64,000 nucleotides of DNA, taken from NCBI RefSeq assembly GCF_963921235.1, contig NC_086100.1:201006001-201070000 (forward strand). Reading direction: 5' to 3'. The notes below the pieces were generated by a model, which searched no databases, was not told where the DNA came from, and saw nothing but the letters and a program-made list of their open reading frames with translations. Positions 24,729 through 38,100 of this stretch are shown piece by piece (within the stretch, counting starts at the first letter, position 1; every line of letters begins with the position of its first letter). The position numbers were made by a program, and so were the translations under genes. Source of the DNA: Mobula hypostoma. Taxonomy: Eukaryota.

Positions 24729-25305
24729 AAACAAACAAGAGAAAATCTGCAGATGCTGGAAATCCGAGCAACACACAGAAAGTGCTGGAGGAACTCAGCA
24801 GGCCAGGCAGCATCGACGTTTTGGGCTGAGACCCTTCGGCAGGATTGGAGAAAAAATGCTGAGGAGTAGATTTAAAAGGTGGGAAGGGGGAGAGGAGAGA
24901 GAAGCACCAGATGACAGGTGAAATCTGGAGGGAGAGGGATGAAGTAAAGAGCTAGGAAATTGATTGGTGAAAGAGACAGGAAGCCATGGAAGGAAGAAAA
25001 GTGGGGAGGAGTACTAGAGGGAGACGATGAGTGGGCAAGGAGATCAGGCGAGAGAGGGAAAAGGGAAGGGGAAATAGTGAAGGTGGGGTGGGGGCATTAC
25101 CAGAAGTTTGAGAAATTGATGTTCATGCCATTAGCTTGCAGGCTACCAAGTGGAATATAAGGTGTTGTTCCTCCAACCTAACTGAGCCTCATCACGACAG
25201 TGGAGGAGACCATGGATGGACATATCGGAATGGGAATGGGAAGTGAATTAAAATGGATGGCCACTGGGAGATCCGGTTTGTTCTGGCTGACGTAGACGTA
25301 GGTGT
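24729..25305 (-). mobile_element. Penelope-like 3' fragment with degenerate hammerhead
   Basis: GIY-YIG C-terminal remnant (ggcatgaacatcaatttctcaaacttc on the minus strand). Flanking 13-bp repeat agg(t/c)ttaggtatg at 24716-24728 and 25306-25318. Confidence 0.7.
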
Positions 25306-25594
25306 AGGCTTAGGTATGGCAGACACAGACAAGCTGTTGCCAACTGTTAATGGGCAGAGATACAGGGGAGGAGATGGAAATAAGCTGGAGTGGGGGGAGA
25401 AAGGATGGACGATCATCTGGAGGAAATATGCCGGCAGTAGGACGGGGATAAAGTGGGGGAATAGGATGGACCAAGTACTGTACGGAGAGACATGAAGGAT
25501 TTGATATGATGTCAGTAGCCGTCTGTGACCACTGACCTGGATCCCAGAGGACAGACAAACCCCAGTGACAGTGAGTTTTGTTCTTGTGCTACAG

Positions 25595-25673
25595 TCTCCT
25601 CCTGCCAAGAGGGTTCCAGGTCTCACACTATGATTCGAACGGAACTCTAGTGACGGAGCGGGACCAGGAAATG
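25595..25673 (+). CDS. ADAM coding exon B (prodomain), 79 nt
   Basis: Acceptor ttcttgtgctacag| and donor |gtgagc. Reads (T)LLLPRGFQVSHYDSNGTLVTERDQEM, with the ADAM 'LL...F....Y...G' pattern. Phases 2/0 fit both neighbours. Confidence 0.88.
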
Positions 25674-27129
25674 GTGAGCAGTCTCCACAAGTTCTCATTG
25701 TGCAAATATATAATTCTACACAATGTGTTTTTAAATGTATTGAGTACAGATAAACCTGGCTCTTTCTGATTTTTACTCTGGGCGTACCTAGTGTCTACAT
25801 TCCCAGTGAGCTCCAGATTCAAACATGTCGAAGGTCAGTTTCCTCTTCTCACATATGCCCACTCCTGTGCTCTGCCGTTAAAACAGACCTTGTTTTACCA
25901 GAGGGCAGAATACTAACAACATAGAACATTTTTAAAATTTCTTTAGTGATAGAGTCATAGAACGCCACAACAGGGAAACAGGCCCTTTGGCCCAACTAGT
26001 CCATGCCAAACTATTGATCTGCCTCGTCCCATCGACCTGCAGCTGAACCAGAGCCCTCCATCCCTCCCCCATCCATGTACCTGTTCAAGTTTCTACTAAA
26101 TGTTGAAACTGAACCTGAATCTGCTGGTTCCGTGGCAGCAAGTTTCACGCTCTCACCACCCTCTGAGTGAAGAAGTCCCCCTTCGTGCAGAACAGTAACG
26201 TGCTCTTCTGACCCAAGGAGCCTGTGATACACAAGTTACACCATGTGACCAATGAACCTATTACCCGGTACGTCTTTGGAACTTGGGAGCAATCCGGAGC
26301 ACCTGGAGGAAACCCATGTGGTCACAGGCAGCGGTGGGAACGGAACGGTTTGCCGGCACTGTGAAGTGTTCCGCTAACCACTCCATTGCCGTGCCTGCCC
26401 ACTGAAGGTAGGAGAGTGCAATGCAGGAACTGGCCCTCCGTACGCTGTGTCTATGCTGGCATGCTTCTGGAGAAAATATAAAGCAATCTCATTCGGTCTA
26501 TAGCCTCCAGTCACTGCCTATACAGGTCTGTCTAAATGCCTCTTAAACAGCACTATTGCATTCTGCTTCCACCCCCTTCCCACTTCAGCCACCCTCCACT
26601 CCCTGTGTAAAAACTCTCCACCGTCTCAACTTAAAACTATGCTCTCTCATAGTTGACATTTCTTCTGGGACAAACACTCTTATCTACCTCATCTACGCCT
26701 CCCATAGTTTTATAGATTTCTATAGGTCGCTCTGGCACATCAGCAAGAACAATTTCTAAGTTTGTCTTATAGGAAATACACTGCAATCCAGGCAACATGC
26801 TCGTAAACCTTTCTGCTATCCTTTTCACTTCCTTTCCATAGTGTAAACAACCAGAGCTGCAAGTAACAAAGGTGCATAAGGGCCAATACCATCATGAAGG
26901 ACCCCACCCACCCTGCTCACAGGCTGTTTGTCCCAGATCCATCAGGGAGGAGGCTACGTAGCATCCACACCAGAGCCACCAGACTCAATAGTTACTTTCC
27001 CCAGGCAGAAGGCAGATCAATACCTCCACATGTTTACCCATCCCACCACACCCTTGAACACCACTAATTTATCATTTCCTGTCACAGTTACCTCATGTAC
27101 AGACATCCCAGTGTCTGGTGTCACTTTAG

Positions 27130-27770
27130 TATAGTCATAGTCATACTTTATTGATCCCAGGGGGAAATTGCTTTTCGTTACAGATGCACCATAAATAATA
27201 AATAGTAATAACACCATAAATAGTTAAATAGTAATATGTAAATTATGCCAGGAAATAAGTCCAGGACCAGCCTATTGGCCCAGGGTGTCTGACCCTCCAA
27301 GGGAGGAGTTGTACAGTTTGATGGCCACAGGCAGGAATGACTTCCTATGACGCTCTGTGTTGCATCTCGGTGGAATGAGTCTCTGGCTGAATGTACTCCT
27401 GTGCCCACCCAGTACATTATGTGGTGGATGGGAGACATTGTCCAAGATGGCATGCAACTTAGACAGCATCCTCTTTTCAGACACCACCGTGACAGAGTCC
27501 AGTTCCATCCCCACAACATCACTGGCCTTACACCATACAAATGAGTTTGTTGATTCTGTTGGTGTCTGCTACCCTCAGCCTGCTGCCCCAGCACACAACA
27601 GCAAACATGATAGCACTGGCTACCACAGACTCGTAGAACATCCTCAGCATCGTCCGGCAGATGTTAAAGGACCTCAGTCTCCTCAGGAAATAGAGACGGC
27701 TCTGACCCTTCTTGTAGACAGCCTCAGTGTTCTTTGACCAGTCCAGTTTATTGTCAATTTGTATCCCCAG
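27130..27770 (-). mobile_element. Rex1/Babar-like LINE 3' fragment (family B)
   Basis: Near-identical to 7310-7940. Confidence 0.85.
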
Positions 27771-28139
27771 GACATACATAATGGACATACATAAACTAGC
27801 TTGTATACACAGATTGATTGTATTTATATTTATTGTGTTCTTTATCTTATTGTGTATTTTTTTGTGTTGCACTCGATCCAAAGTAGCAATAATTTTGTTC
27901 TCCTTTACACTTGTGTACTGGAAATGCCACTAAACAATCTTGAATCTTGAAGCTTAGTTTCTTTTCCATAGTTGCTGCCTGGCCTGTTGAGTTCCTCCAA
28001 CAGTTTGTGAAAAGGCAATTCTGGATTGGGTGTTGTGCAATAATGCAGATTTGATCAGGCAGGTTAACAAAAAGAAACTCTTGGGCAATGATCATGATGT
28101 GATAGACCTTACCCTGTGCTGTGAGAGGGAGAAGATGTG

Positions 28140-29030
28140 TCAGTATTACAGTGGAGTAAAGGGAATTACAGAGGCGTGAGAGATGAATTGGACAAAATTA
28201 ATTGGCAGGGGGCATTGGAAGGGATGACAGCAAAACAGTAAACACAAAATAATCTGCAGATGCTGGGGTCAAAGCAACACTCACAACACGCTGGAGGAAC
28301 TCAGCAGGTCGGGCAGCATCCGTGGAAAAGATCAGTCAACGTTTCGGGCCGGAACCCCTTGTCAGGACTGTAGAGGGAAGGGGCAGAGGCCCTATAAAGA
28401 AGGTGGGGGGAGGGTGGGAAGGAGAAGGCCAGAAAAAAATGAAACATGAAGGTAAGCAAGCCGATAAAATTCAAGGAGATACCAAGAGTTTTCTCAGGTA
28501 TGTAAAGAGTAGATATATATAAAGTGAATATCGGACCTCTGGAAAATGATACTGGAGAGGCAGTAATGTGGGACAAAGAAATGGCAGACGAACTTAATAA
28601 GTATTTTGTACCCATCTTCACTGTAGAAGACATTAGCAGTATGCCAGGAGTTTTTGAGAGTCAGGGGACAGAAGTGAGTGCATTTGCTATCCCTAAAGGG
28701 ATATATTGTGAGCAGCTTTGGGCCCCTTATCTGAGAAAAGCTGTGCTGGCATCGGAGGGGTTGAGAGGAGCTTCCCGAGAATGATTGTGGGAATGCAAGG
28801 TTTAGCATATAAGGAGTGTTTGATGGCTCTATGTCAGTGTTTGTAGGCTGGGGGGGAATCTTACCAAAACCTATCGAATATCAAACAGCCTACGTAGAGT
28901 AGATGTTTCCTGTAGTGGGTGAGCCAGAGGGCATAGCATCAGAACAGAGTCGTAGTGATGGAACGGCAGACCAAAATTGATAGGTTGAATGGCCTAATTC
29001 TGCTCCTGTGTTTTAAGATCTTATGGCATT
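28140..29030 (+). mobile_element. Decayed CR1 fragments, interrupted by a Penelope-like fragment (~28240-28430, minus, HHR motif 28333-28370)
   Basis: NIGPLENDTGE...EMADELNKYF..IFTVED and a CR1 3' hairpin. The inserted segment reads cagtcctgacaaggggttccggcccgaaacgttgactg on the minus strand. Confidence 0.7.
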
Positions 29031-29097
29031 GAACCAACATGTTCACAACCAACAACAATGCAAAACAATGACGTGATAATTGGGTCAGTTCAATTAG

Positions 29098-29430
29098 CTC
29101 TCTCTCTCTCTCTTTTTCTTTCTCTCTGTCTCTCTTTCCCTCCCCCCAATCTCCCCCCTTTTTCACCCCCTCTCTCCCCTCTCCCCCTCCATCCCCCTCC
29201 TCCCTCCCCCTCTACCCCCCTACCCCCTCTTCCCCCTCTCTCCCCTCCCTCCCTCTCTACCCCCTCTTCCCCCTCTCTCCCCTCCCTCCCCCTTCTCCCC
29301 CCTCCCTCCCCTCCCTCCCCTTCTCCCCCCTCCCTCCCTCTCTCCCACCTCTTCCCCTTCCCCCCTCCTCTCTCTCCCCCCCTCTCCCCCTCTTTCTTTC
29401 TTCTCTCAATTCCTCCCTCTTGCCTTCCTA
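29098..29430. repeat. Polypyrimidine (C/T) low-complexity tract
   Basis: About 330 bp, almost exclusively C and T on the + strand. Confidence 0.95.
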
Positions 29431-30699
29431 CTTTATAATGTAAAGACATGACAATAAAGTCAGATGCCGGAGATCCGGAGCAATACACACAAAGAGCAAG
29501 CCGGCACGGTTAATTCCCGTTACACCACCAGCGTTTAGGCCCGCAGTGAAGATCCTCCATCTCTGGCAGTCTTCAGGGCTTCCTTCATCACATCAAGAGC
29601 TTCCTCTTGGTTTTCATCGCCATCAGTCATGCAAGTTCTGGGTGGAGACTCAGGAATACCATTGCATTCAAATGTAGAAGGATTCTTCATTGTTGTTTCT
29701 GGAACAATTTTATTTGACCAGTCTGGGTTTTTTTGCCTGAAGCTGAAACCCTGAAACTGGAGATCTGGTGGACCAGTCTCAGTCTGGCCTCTACCTTTGA
29801 CCTGTTTGGCATGGATGACCCACAAAGCCCTGACTCCAGCCAGCATAGCCCTCCGGGCCACTGAGGCATGCCTGCCTCCAAACCACGACAAGGCTGTGGT
29901 CCTCTCGGAGCCAGGCAGCTTCGATGGAGGGAAATGAACAGTTGACGTTTTGGGCCAGACCCAGAAAGGGACGGGGTAGAAATCAGAGGAAAAGAGTGGG
30001 GGGAGGGGAAGGAGCACAAGCTGGGTGGTGATAGGTGAAGCCAGGTGAGGGGTTGGTGACTGTGGCAAGGGGGGGGGGGGCGGTGAGGTGAGAACCTGAA
30101 AAGTGACAAGTGGAAGAAATAAAGGACGGAAGGAAAAGCAAATTATTGCAATTCCATCCTTTCCAACCCCGAAGGTCTTGGCTCGGAATGTCAGTGCTCG
30201 ATTGTACTCCAGAGATGCGTCCTGACCTGCTGAGTTGCGCCAGCGTTCTGTGTGCGCTATAGAGGCATTGCCGACAGATTCTTCCAAGCTGCTCTTGAAT
30301 CACTTCCTTCCTTTGTTCCACTGTGTGAAATACTCAGTTCATTATGAATGACACGAGACGTCTGAGGTTTACCAAGCCAGAAAATTGTCAGCTGAGCCTG
30401 TGACGCGTTTGAACCAGCCCGGAGAGGCAGGACTCAGGTTAGCATCTTTTCCACAGGCCGATCAAACTGTTGACTTCTCAGATGGAGCGGATGCTTTCAC
30501 AAAACCTTCTCTCTGCTCTGAAGTGGCTCCTGAGATTATCCAGGCGACGGTTGGGAGCCACAACACACAGACTGTCACAGGTCAGGTATGGCAATGACAA
30601 GCGGAGTGTGTCATCAGTAAAGCCCTTCACCAGAGAACCTGGACAATGAGGCTGTTAAACTACAGGCCCGGCACAAGAGTGATCATTTACATACTCCTC

Positions 30700-31362
30700 C
30701 GTACATGGTGGAGGATTACAAATACCCAGGGATATGAATTGACAATAAACTGGACTGGTCTAAGAACACTGAGGCTGTCTGCAAGAAGGGTCAGAGCCGT
30801 CTCTATTTCCTGAGGAGACTGAGGTCCTTTAACATCTGCTGGACGATGCTGAGGATGTTCTACGAGTCTGTGGTGGCCAGTGCTATCATGTTTGCTGTTG
30901 TGTGCTGGGGCAGCAGGCTGAGGGTAGCAGACACCAACAGAATCAACAAACTCATTCGTAAGGCCAGTGAGGTTGTGGGGATGGAACTGGACTCTCTCAA
31001 GGTGGCGTCTGAAAAGAGGATGCTGTCTAAGTTGCATGCCATCTTGGACAATGTCTCCCATGGATAATGTACTGGGTGGGCACAGGAGTACATTCAACCA
31101 GAGACACATTCCTCCAAGATGCAACACAGAGCGTCATAGGAAGTCATTCCTGCCTGTGGCCATCAAACTTTACAACTCCTCCCTTGGAGGGTCAGACACC
31201 CTGAGCCGATAGGCTGGTCCTGGACTTATTTCATAATTTACTGGCATAATTTACATATTACTATTTAACTATTTATGGTTCTATTACTATTTATTATTTA
31301 TGGAGCAACTGTAATGAAAACCAATTTCCCCCTGGGATCAATAAAGTATGACTATGACTATA
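30700..31362 (+). mobile_element. Rex1/Babar-like LINE 3' fragment (family B)
   Basis: MLRMFYESVVASAIMFAVVCWGS...; inverted relative to the copies at 7305 and 27130. Confidence 0.85.
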
Positions 31363-31499
31363 CATAACTATCATTCTCAGCACACACTGACCCCACACAT
31401 ACAGACTGTACGTACTGACCCCACACATACAGACTGTACGTACTGACCCCACACGTACAGACTGTACTGACTCCACACATGTCGACTTTTTACTTACAG

Positions 31500-34060
31500 A
31501 TCTCCCAGTGATGCCCCTCTCACCGCCCACCAGTAGTAATCATTAGCATCTTCGCCCTGTGACTTCCACCTCACATCCCCACCATCATAATCATCAGCTC
31601 TACCAGTAAATCCCCTTCACATCTTCACCATCAGTAATCATCTGCCGTACGTGACCCCCTTTCTCACCTCTGCCATCACTAATCATCAGCTTCTCCCAGT
31701 GAACTCTTTTGCACCTCAGACCATGACTAATCAGTATCTCCCAGTGATCCCCATCACCCCCCCCACCAACTAATCATCAATACCTCCCGGTGACCCCCTT
31801 CAAACCCCAAATGTCACTAATCATCAACCCCTGTGAATCTTCACCAACACTAGTCATTAACAACTCCAATGACCCCCCTCACACTCCCACCGTCATTTAT
31901 CATCAACCACTCCCAGTGACCCCCCCCACACACCCACCATTAATCATCAACCTCTCCCAGTTACCGCCCTTCACAACCCCCACCCTCACTATCATCAACA
32001 TCTCCCAGTGACCCTCCTTCACAACACACACCATCACTAATCATCAACCACTCCCAGTGACCCCCCCACACACCCACCATTAATCATCCTCTCCCAGTGA
32101 CCCCCCCCACACACCCACCATTAATCATCAACCTCTCCCAGTTACCGCCCTTCACAACCCCCACCCTCACTATCATCAACATCTCCCAGTGACCCTCCTT
32201 CACAACACACACCATCACTAATCATCAACCACTCCCAGTGACCCCCCCCACACACCCACCATTAATCATCAACCTCTCCCAGTGGCCCCTCATTCATACC
32301 TCCCACCCTCACTAATCATCAACATATCCCAGTGATGCCTCTCCTCATGCCTCCCACAATCTACCGTGACCTCCTTCACACCCCCACCATCACTACTCAT
32401 CAATATCTCCAACCAGTCAACCCCCTTCACACCCCCACCATCACTACTCATCAATATCTCCAACCAGTCAACCCCCTTCACACCCCCACCATCACTACTC
32501 ATCAATATCTCCAACCAGTCAACCCCCTTCACACCCCCACCATCACTACTCATCAATATCTCCAACCAGTCAACCCCCTTCACACCCCCACCATCACTAC
32601 TCATCAATATCTCCAACCAGTCAACCCCCTTCACACCCCCACCATCATTACTCATCAATATCTCCAACCAGTCAACCCCCTTCACACCCCCACCATCACT
32701 ACTCATCAATATCTCCAACCAGTCAACCCCCTTCACACCCCAACCATCACTACTCATCAATATCTCCAACCAGTCAACCCCCTTCACACCCCCACTATCA
32801 TTACTCATCAATATCTCCAACCAGTCAACCCCCTTCACACCCCCACCATCATTACTCATCAATATCTCCAACCAGTCAACCCCCTTCACACCCCCACCAT
32901 CACTACTCATCAATATCTCCAACCAGTCAACCTCATTTTCACATCCCCACTATCACTAATCATCAACATCTCTGCCCAGTGACACCCTTCACACTCCCAC
33001 CATAACTGATCAATATCCTCTGCCTGGTACCCCTTTAACACCCACCACCATCAGTAATCATCAACATCTCTGCCCAGTGACATCCCTTTGCACCCCACCA
33101 TCCCTAATCAGCAATATCTTCACCAAATCAACACACTTCACACCGCACAGCTTCACTACTAATCAAAATCTCCCAGTGACCCCCCCTGCACACCCCACCA
33201 TTGCTAATCATTAATATTTCCACCCAGTCAACCCCATTGACATCCCCAACATCACTAATCATCAATTTCTCGCCCCAGCCAACCACCTTCACAGCACACA
33301 CCATTACCAATCATCAGTATCTGCACCCAGTCAACCCCATCACACTCACTACCATCATCACCATCTCCGTGACCCTCCTTCATACCCCCACCATCACGAA
33401 TCATCAACATCTCCCAGTTACCCCCTTCACAACACGCACCATCACTAATCATCAGCATCTCCCAGTGACCCCCTTCATACTCCCACCATCACGAATCATC
33501 TCCCAGATACCCCCTTCACAACCCCCACCCTCAATAATCGTCATCTCCCAGTGACCTTCCTTCATACCCCCACCATCACTAATCATCATCCAGTAGTTAC
33601 CCCCTTCACAACACACACCATCACGAATCATCAACAACTCCCAGTTACCCCCCTTCACAACCCCACCCTCACTAATCATCGACATCTCCCAGTGACCCCC
33701 CTTCACAACCCCCACCTTCACTAATCATCAACATCTCCCAGTTACCCCCTTCACAACCCCCACCTTCACTAATCATCAGCATCTCCCAGTGACCCCCCTT
33801 CACAACCCCCACCTTCACTAATCATCAACATCTCCCAGTGACCCTCCTTCATACCCCCACCATCACGAATCATCAATAACTCCCAGTGACCGCCCTTCCC
33901 ACTAAACATCACTAATCATCAATATCTCCCAGATACTCCCCTTCACAACACACACCATCGCGAATCATCAACATCTCCCAGTGACCACACTTCACATCCC
34001 ACCATCACTAATCTTCAACGTCTTCATCCAAAACCTCCCCCTTCACAGCTCCTACAATCA
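31500..34060. repeat. C/A-rich satellite region with a homogeneous 51-bp minisatellite core (32370-32932, 11 copies)
   Basis: caatatctccaaccagtcaa recurs every 51 bp from 32401 to 32911. The flanks are degenerate ~45-50-bp relatives (catcactaatcatcaacatctcccagtgacc). Confidence 0.95.
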
Positions 34061-34399
34061 GCACATTATCATTTCCTGTCAGTCATTTTCGGTACAGGCA
34101 ATCCTGTGCCGAGCATAACTTGGACATGCAATCAATCTGTGTTTATAGCCATCATACGTATTTATATTTCTTGTATTCTTATTATTATTTTGTTCCTTAT
34201 TGCATTTTTTTGTGCTGCATCAGATCCTGATTAACAATCATTTCATTCTCATTAAAGAATGTTGAATCTTGAAATGCTCTTTGGCTGTATGATGCTCCGG
34301 ACCCTGAGGGCGATGCCATTTAATGCTGAAGGTACTCTGTTCTCTCAGGATACTGCGAGTGCTGGGATGGTTAATGCTGTGATCAATCTCTCCCCACAG

Positions 34400-34476
34400 A
34401 CTCAGTGCTACTACGAGGGCTCCGTCCGAGGCTTCTCAGGATCTGCGGTCTCAGCCAGCACCTGCTCAGGACTCAG
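34400..34476 (+). CDS. ADAM coding exon C (prodomain), 77 nt
   Basis: Acceptor tctctccccacag| and donor |gtaaga. Reads TQCYYEGSVRGFSGSAVSASTCSGL+AG, the hallmark ADAM 'CYY.G.V.G...S.V..STCSGL' motif. Confidence 0.95.
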
Positions 34477-35134
34477 GTAAGACTGCTGATGCGTCTCCGT
34501 CTCTGTTGTGAGAAGGGGTCTCGCCTGGTGGTGTGGTTACCAGGTCAGGGTCCTCACTGTCCCTCACGCTGAAGGGTTGCCTTTTGCAGCCGTCCAGGGG
34601 AGCAGATGCCAGAGGCAATGTGGGAGAGAGGAGTGGCGTGGCAGGTTCACGGTTTTCCTTGTTGGGTTGGGAGCTTGCCTCTCCCATCGGTACTGCTCTG
34701 CAGGGCTGGCTCGATGTAAGACAAACTGGATTGCGTCCATTGTCAACTGCACTTGCACAAGATAAGAAACTGCTGCATGTTTGTTCTTGCAGAGGTGTGG
34801 CTCCTGGACAACATCCCACACGACATCAATCCGCAGGGCATGATAGCTTTTTGCAACTTTGCATTTTTCTGCTATCAGAATTATACATGCTATATCTGCC
34901 TTGTGCTATGTGCCATCTGGCATAGTTTGCATTTTGTTGTTTGATCGTTTGTGGTTTTTGTATTGCTATATTTACGCTCTGTTCTTGGTTGGTGTGGCTG
35001 TAACGAAACCCAATTTCCCTCGGGATTAATAAAGCATATCTATCTATCTATTTATCTATGACTGTGTATCACTTTGGCTCCAGATAACTGCTCTTTCATT
35101 TAGCTCTATTTGTGTGTATTGAATGACAATTAAA

Positions 35135-38100
35135 TCTTTTTATTAATTATTATTGAAAATCAACAACAAAAAAAATACATTGAAGTAATCAAGTCAACAT
35201 ATCAATAGGTACAATAAGAGTTAAATGATCAACCAAGTTAAACAATATATCAATAATAATAAGAAAAAACCAAAATGTTAAAGCAATTTTTTTTTGGAAA
35301 AAGGAAGGAGGAAAAAGAACCCCTACTAACTAAAAAAAACCCTAACAAAAAACCCATTTGGAGCACAAACCCGGAGCGATGCGCCATAGAAGCTTCCGTA
35401 AGAGAAAGACATCAATCTGCCAACCAAATCCATTTACCCAAGAATCAGAAGGGGACCCTCTTAATCAACTCAAATCAAATGATAGTAGTGGGCAAAAGAG
35501 CCCCACCTTTTCTCAAAGTCAAATCGAGGATCAAAAGTTCGACTTCTGATTTACTCCAAACTAAGACATAACATCACCCGAGAGAACCATTGTATCAAAG
35601 TGGGAGCAGAGGCATCTTTCCATTTCAATAAAATAGCCCTTCTGGCCAATAATGTAACAAATGCAATTACATATTGGTCTGATATAGAAACACTGTGAAT
35701 ATATTGATGGATTATACTGAAAAAAACTGTCAATTTATTATGTTGTAAATTAATTTTTAAAGCTTTAGAAATTGTAGAAAAAATAGATTTCCAAAATTGT
35801 TTCAATACAGAACACGACCAAAACATATGTGTCAATGTAGCTATCTCAGTTTTACATCCATCACACTGACTATTTACATTAGGAAATATTTTAGACAATC
35901 TCTCCTTTGTCAAATAATAACGATGTACAATTTTAAATTGAATTAGAGAATGACTGGCACAAATCGAAGAAGAGTTGACCAACTTCAAAATTCGCAACCA
36001 ATCCTCTGTTATCAAGGTCATGTTAAGCTCTCTTTCCCAATCTTGCTTAATTTTAAATAGAGGATAATTATCCTGTTGTAATAATAAATTATAAATTTTC
36101 CCAATGAAACCTTTCACTAAAGGGTTCACTGAATGTCTAACAGGTCAGAATCTTGTATTACTTAAATTACTTAAATATTCTTGTAAGAAGTGTCTGACCT
36201 GAAGATATTGCAAAAAGTGTGAGTATGAGAGAGAATAATTAGTTACTAATTTCTCAAAGGACATCAATTGGCCTTCTTGAAACAAATCCATAAAGGAATA
36301 AATTCCCTTATTCCTGCAAAGAGAAAAGGTACGATCACGAAGTGAAGGTTTAAATAAATAGTTTTGATAAATTAAGCTAAGAAGGTTAAATTTTTTAAGA
36401 TTAAAAAACTAATGAAACTGATACCAAATTCGTAATGACTGCTTGATCATAAGGTATATATTTAGAATAGAAATTTTGGCCAGTTGTACAGGTAAAGAGG
36501 CTCCTAATAATGAACTTAAGTAAAATTGTTTCACAGCTTTCAATTCCAGATCAATTTTATCGTGGTCATTCATTTTTATCGGTCTGATATAACCAAGAAC
36601 ATGCATAACGTATATTAACCGCCCAATAATACATTCTTAAATTAGGCAGAGCAAGACCTTCATCCTTTTTTAATTTCTGTAAATGACATTTTCTAATTCT
36701 TGGTCTTTTATTATTCCAAACAAAAGATGAAATAATAGAGTCAACCTGATCAAAAAACTTCTTAGTTAGAAAAACAGGAATATTTTGAAATACATATAAA
36801 AATTTTGGTAAAATCATCATTTTAACTGCATGAATTTGACTGGCTAATGAAAGTGTAAGTGGATTCCATCTAGAAAATAATTGCTTCATAAAATCCACAA
36901 AGGGAACTAAATTAGCTCTATAAAGGTCTCCATAATTTTTAGCGATAATACCTAAATATTTAAAAGATTCCGTAACTGTAAAAGGAATGTCATCATACAT
37001 AGAAGCAGAATCATTTAAAGGAAATAATTCACTTTTATGCAGGTTTAATTTATATCCTGAAAACTTTCCAAATTCATTTAATAATTTCAATAAACTAGGA
37101 ATAGATTCTTCAGGATTCGAAACATAAACTAAGAGATTATCAGCATAAAGGGAAATCTTATGAATAGTAACATCTATGGAAATTCCTTGAATATCTTTAG
37201 CTTCACCAAGTGCAATAGCCAAAGGTTTCAGCACCAAATTAAACAAAGGACTTAACGGACGTCCTCGTCTCGTACCCTGCAAAAGTGAAAAAAAAGGGAT
37301 CTGCAGTTATTAGTAATAACAGAGGCAATAGGGGTTTTATACATCATTCTAAACAACTTATTAAAATTAGTACCAAAGCTAAATTTCTCTAAAACGTTAA
37401 ATAATTATTTCCATTCAACGCTATCAAATGCCTTTTCAGCATCTAGAGAAACAACACATTGGGGAGTCTTCGAGAGGGATGAGTATATAACATTTAACAG
37501 TCTCCAAGTATTAGAAAAGGAATAACGGCCTTTTATAAAAATTGTTTGGTCATGAGAAATAATTTTAGCTAGTATATTCTCCAACCAATTAGCTATTATT
37601 TTTGAAAGAATTTTAGCATCCGCATTTAATAATGAGATAGGTCTATATGAAGCACAATCAGTAGGGTTTTTATCTTTCTTAAGAATTAAAGAGATAGAAG
37701 CTTCATAAAATGTGGAAGGTAACTCTCCTAACAAAAAAAGAATCTTTAAGCATTTCCAACATATAAGGAGTAAGCAAATCTTCAAATTTTTTATAAAATC
37801 CTACAGAAAAACCATCCAATCCAGGAGCTTTACCAGATTGCATTGAAAGAATAGCTTTCTGAATTTCTCTTTCAGTAAAAGGAGCATCAAGAATTTGCTG
37901 ATCTTCAACAGTTATTCTAGGAAAATCAATCTTTTGTAAAAAGGCATTCATTTTAGAATGATCAGCTGGAAACTGAGAATTATAGAGTTCACTGTAATAG
38001 TCTTGAAAAATTTTATTAATGTTTTCATAATTACACACTAAACTACCAACTCCCTTATGAATTTTTAAAATGTGTCTTTTAGCTCTAACTGCTTTAAATT

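Noticed and set aside
29058..29488. Pro/Ser-rich and Gly/Arg/Glu-rich ORFs
   Set aside because: Translations of the C/T low-complexity tract.
32290..32982. Three overlapping ~200-aa repetitive ORFs
   Set aside because: By-product of a 51-bp (multiple of 3) stop-poor minisatellite; no splice signals or domain motifs.
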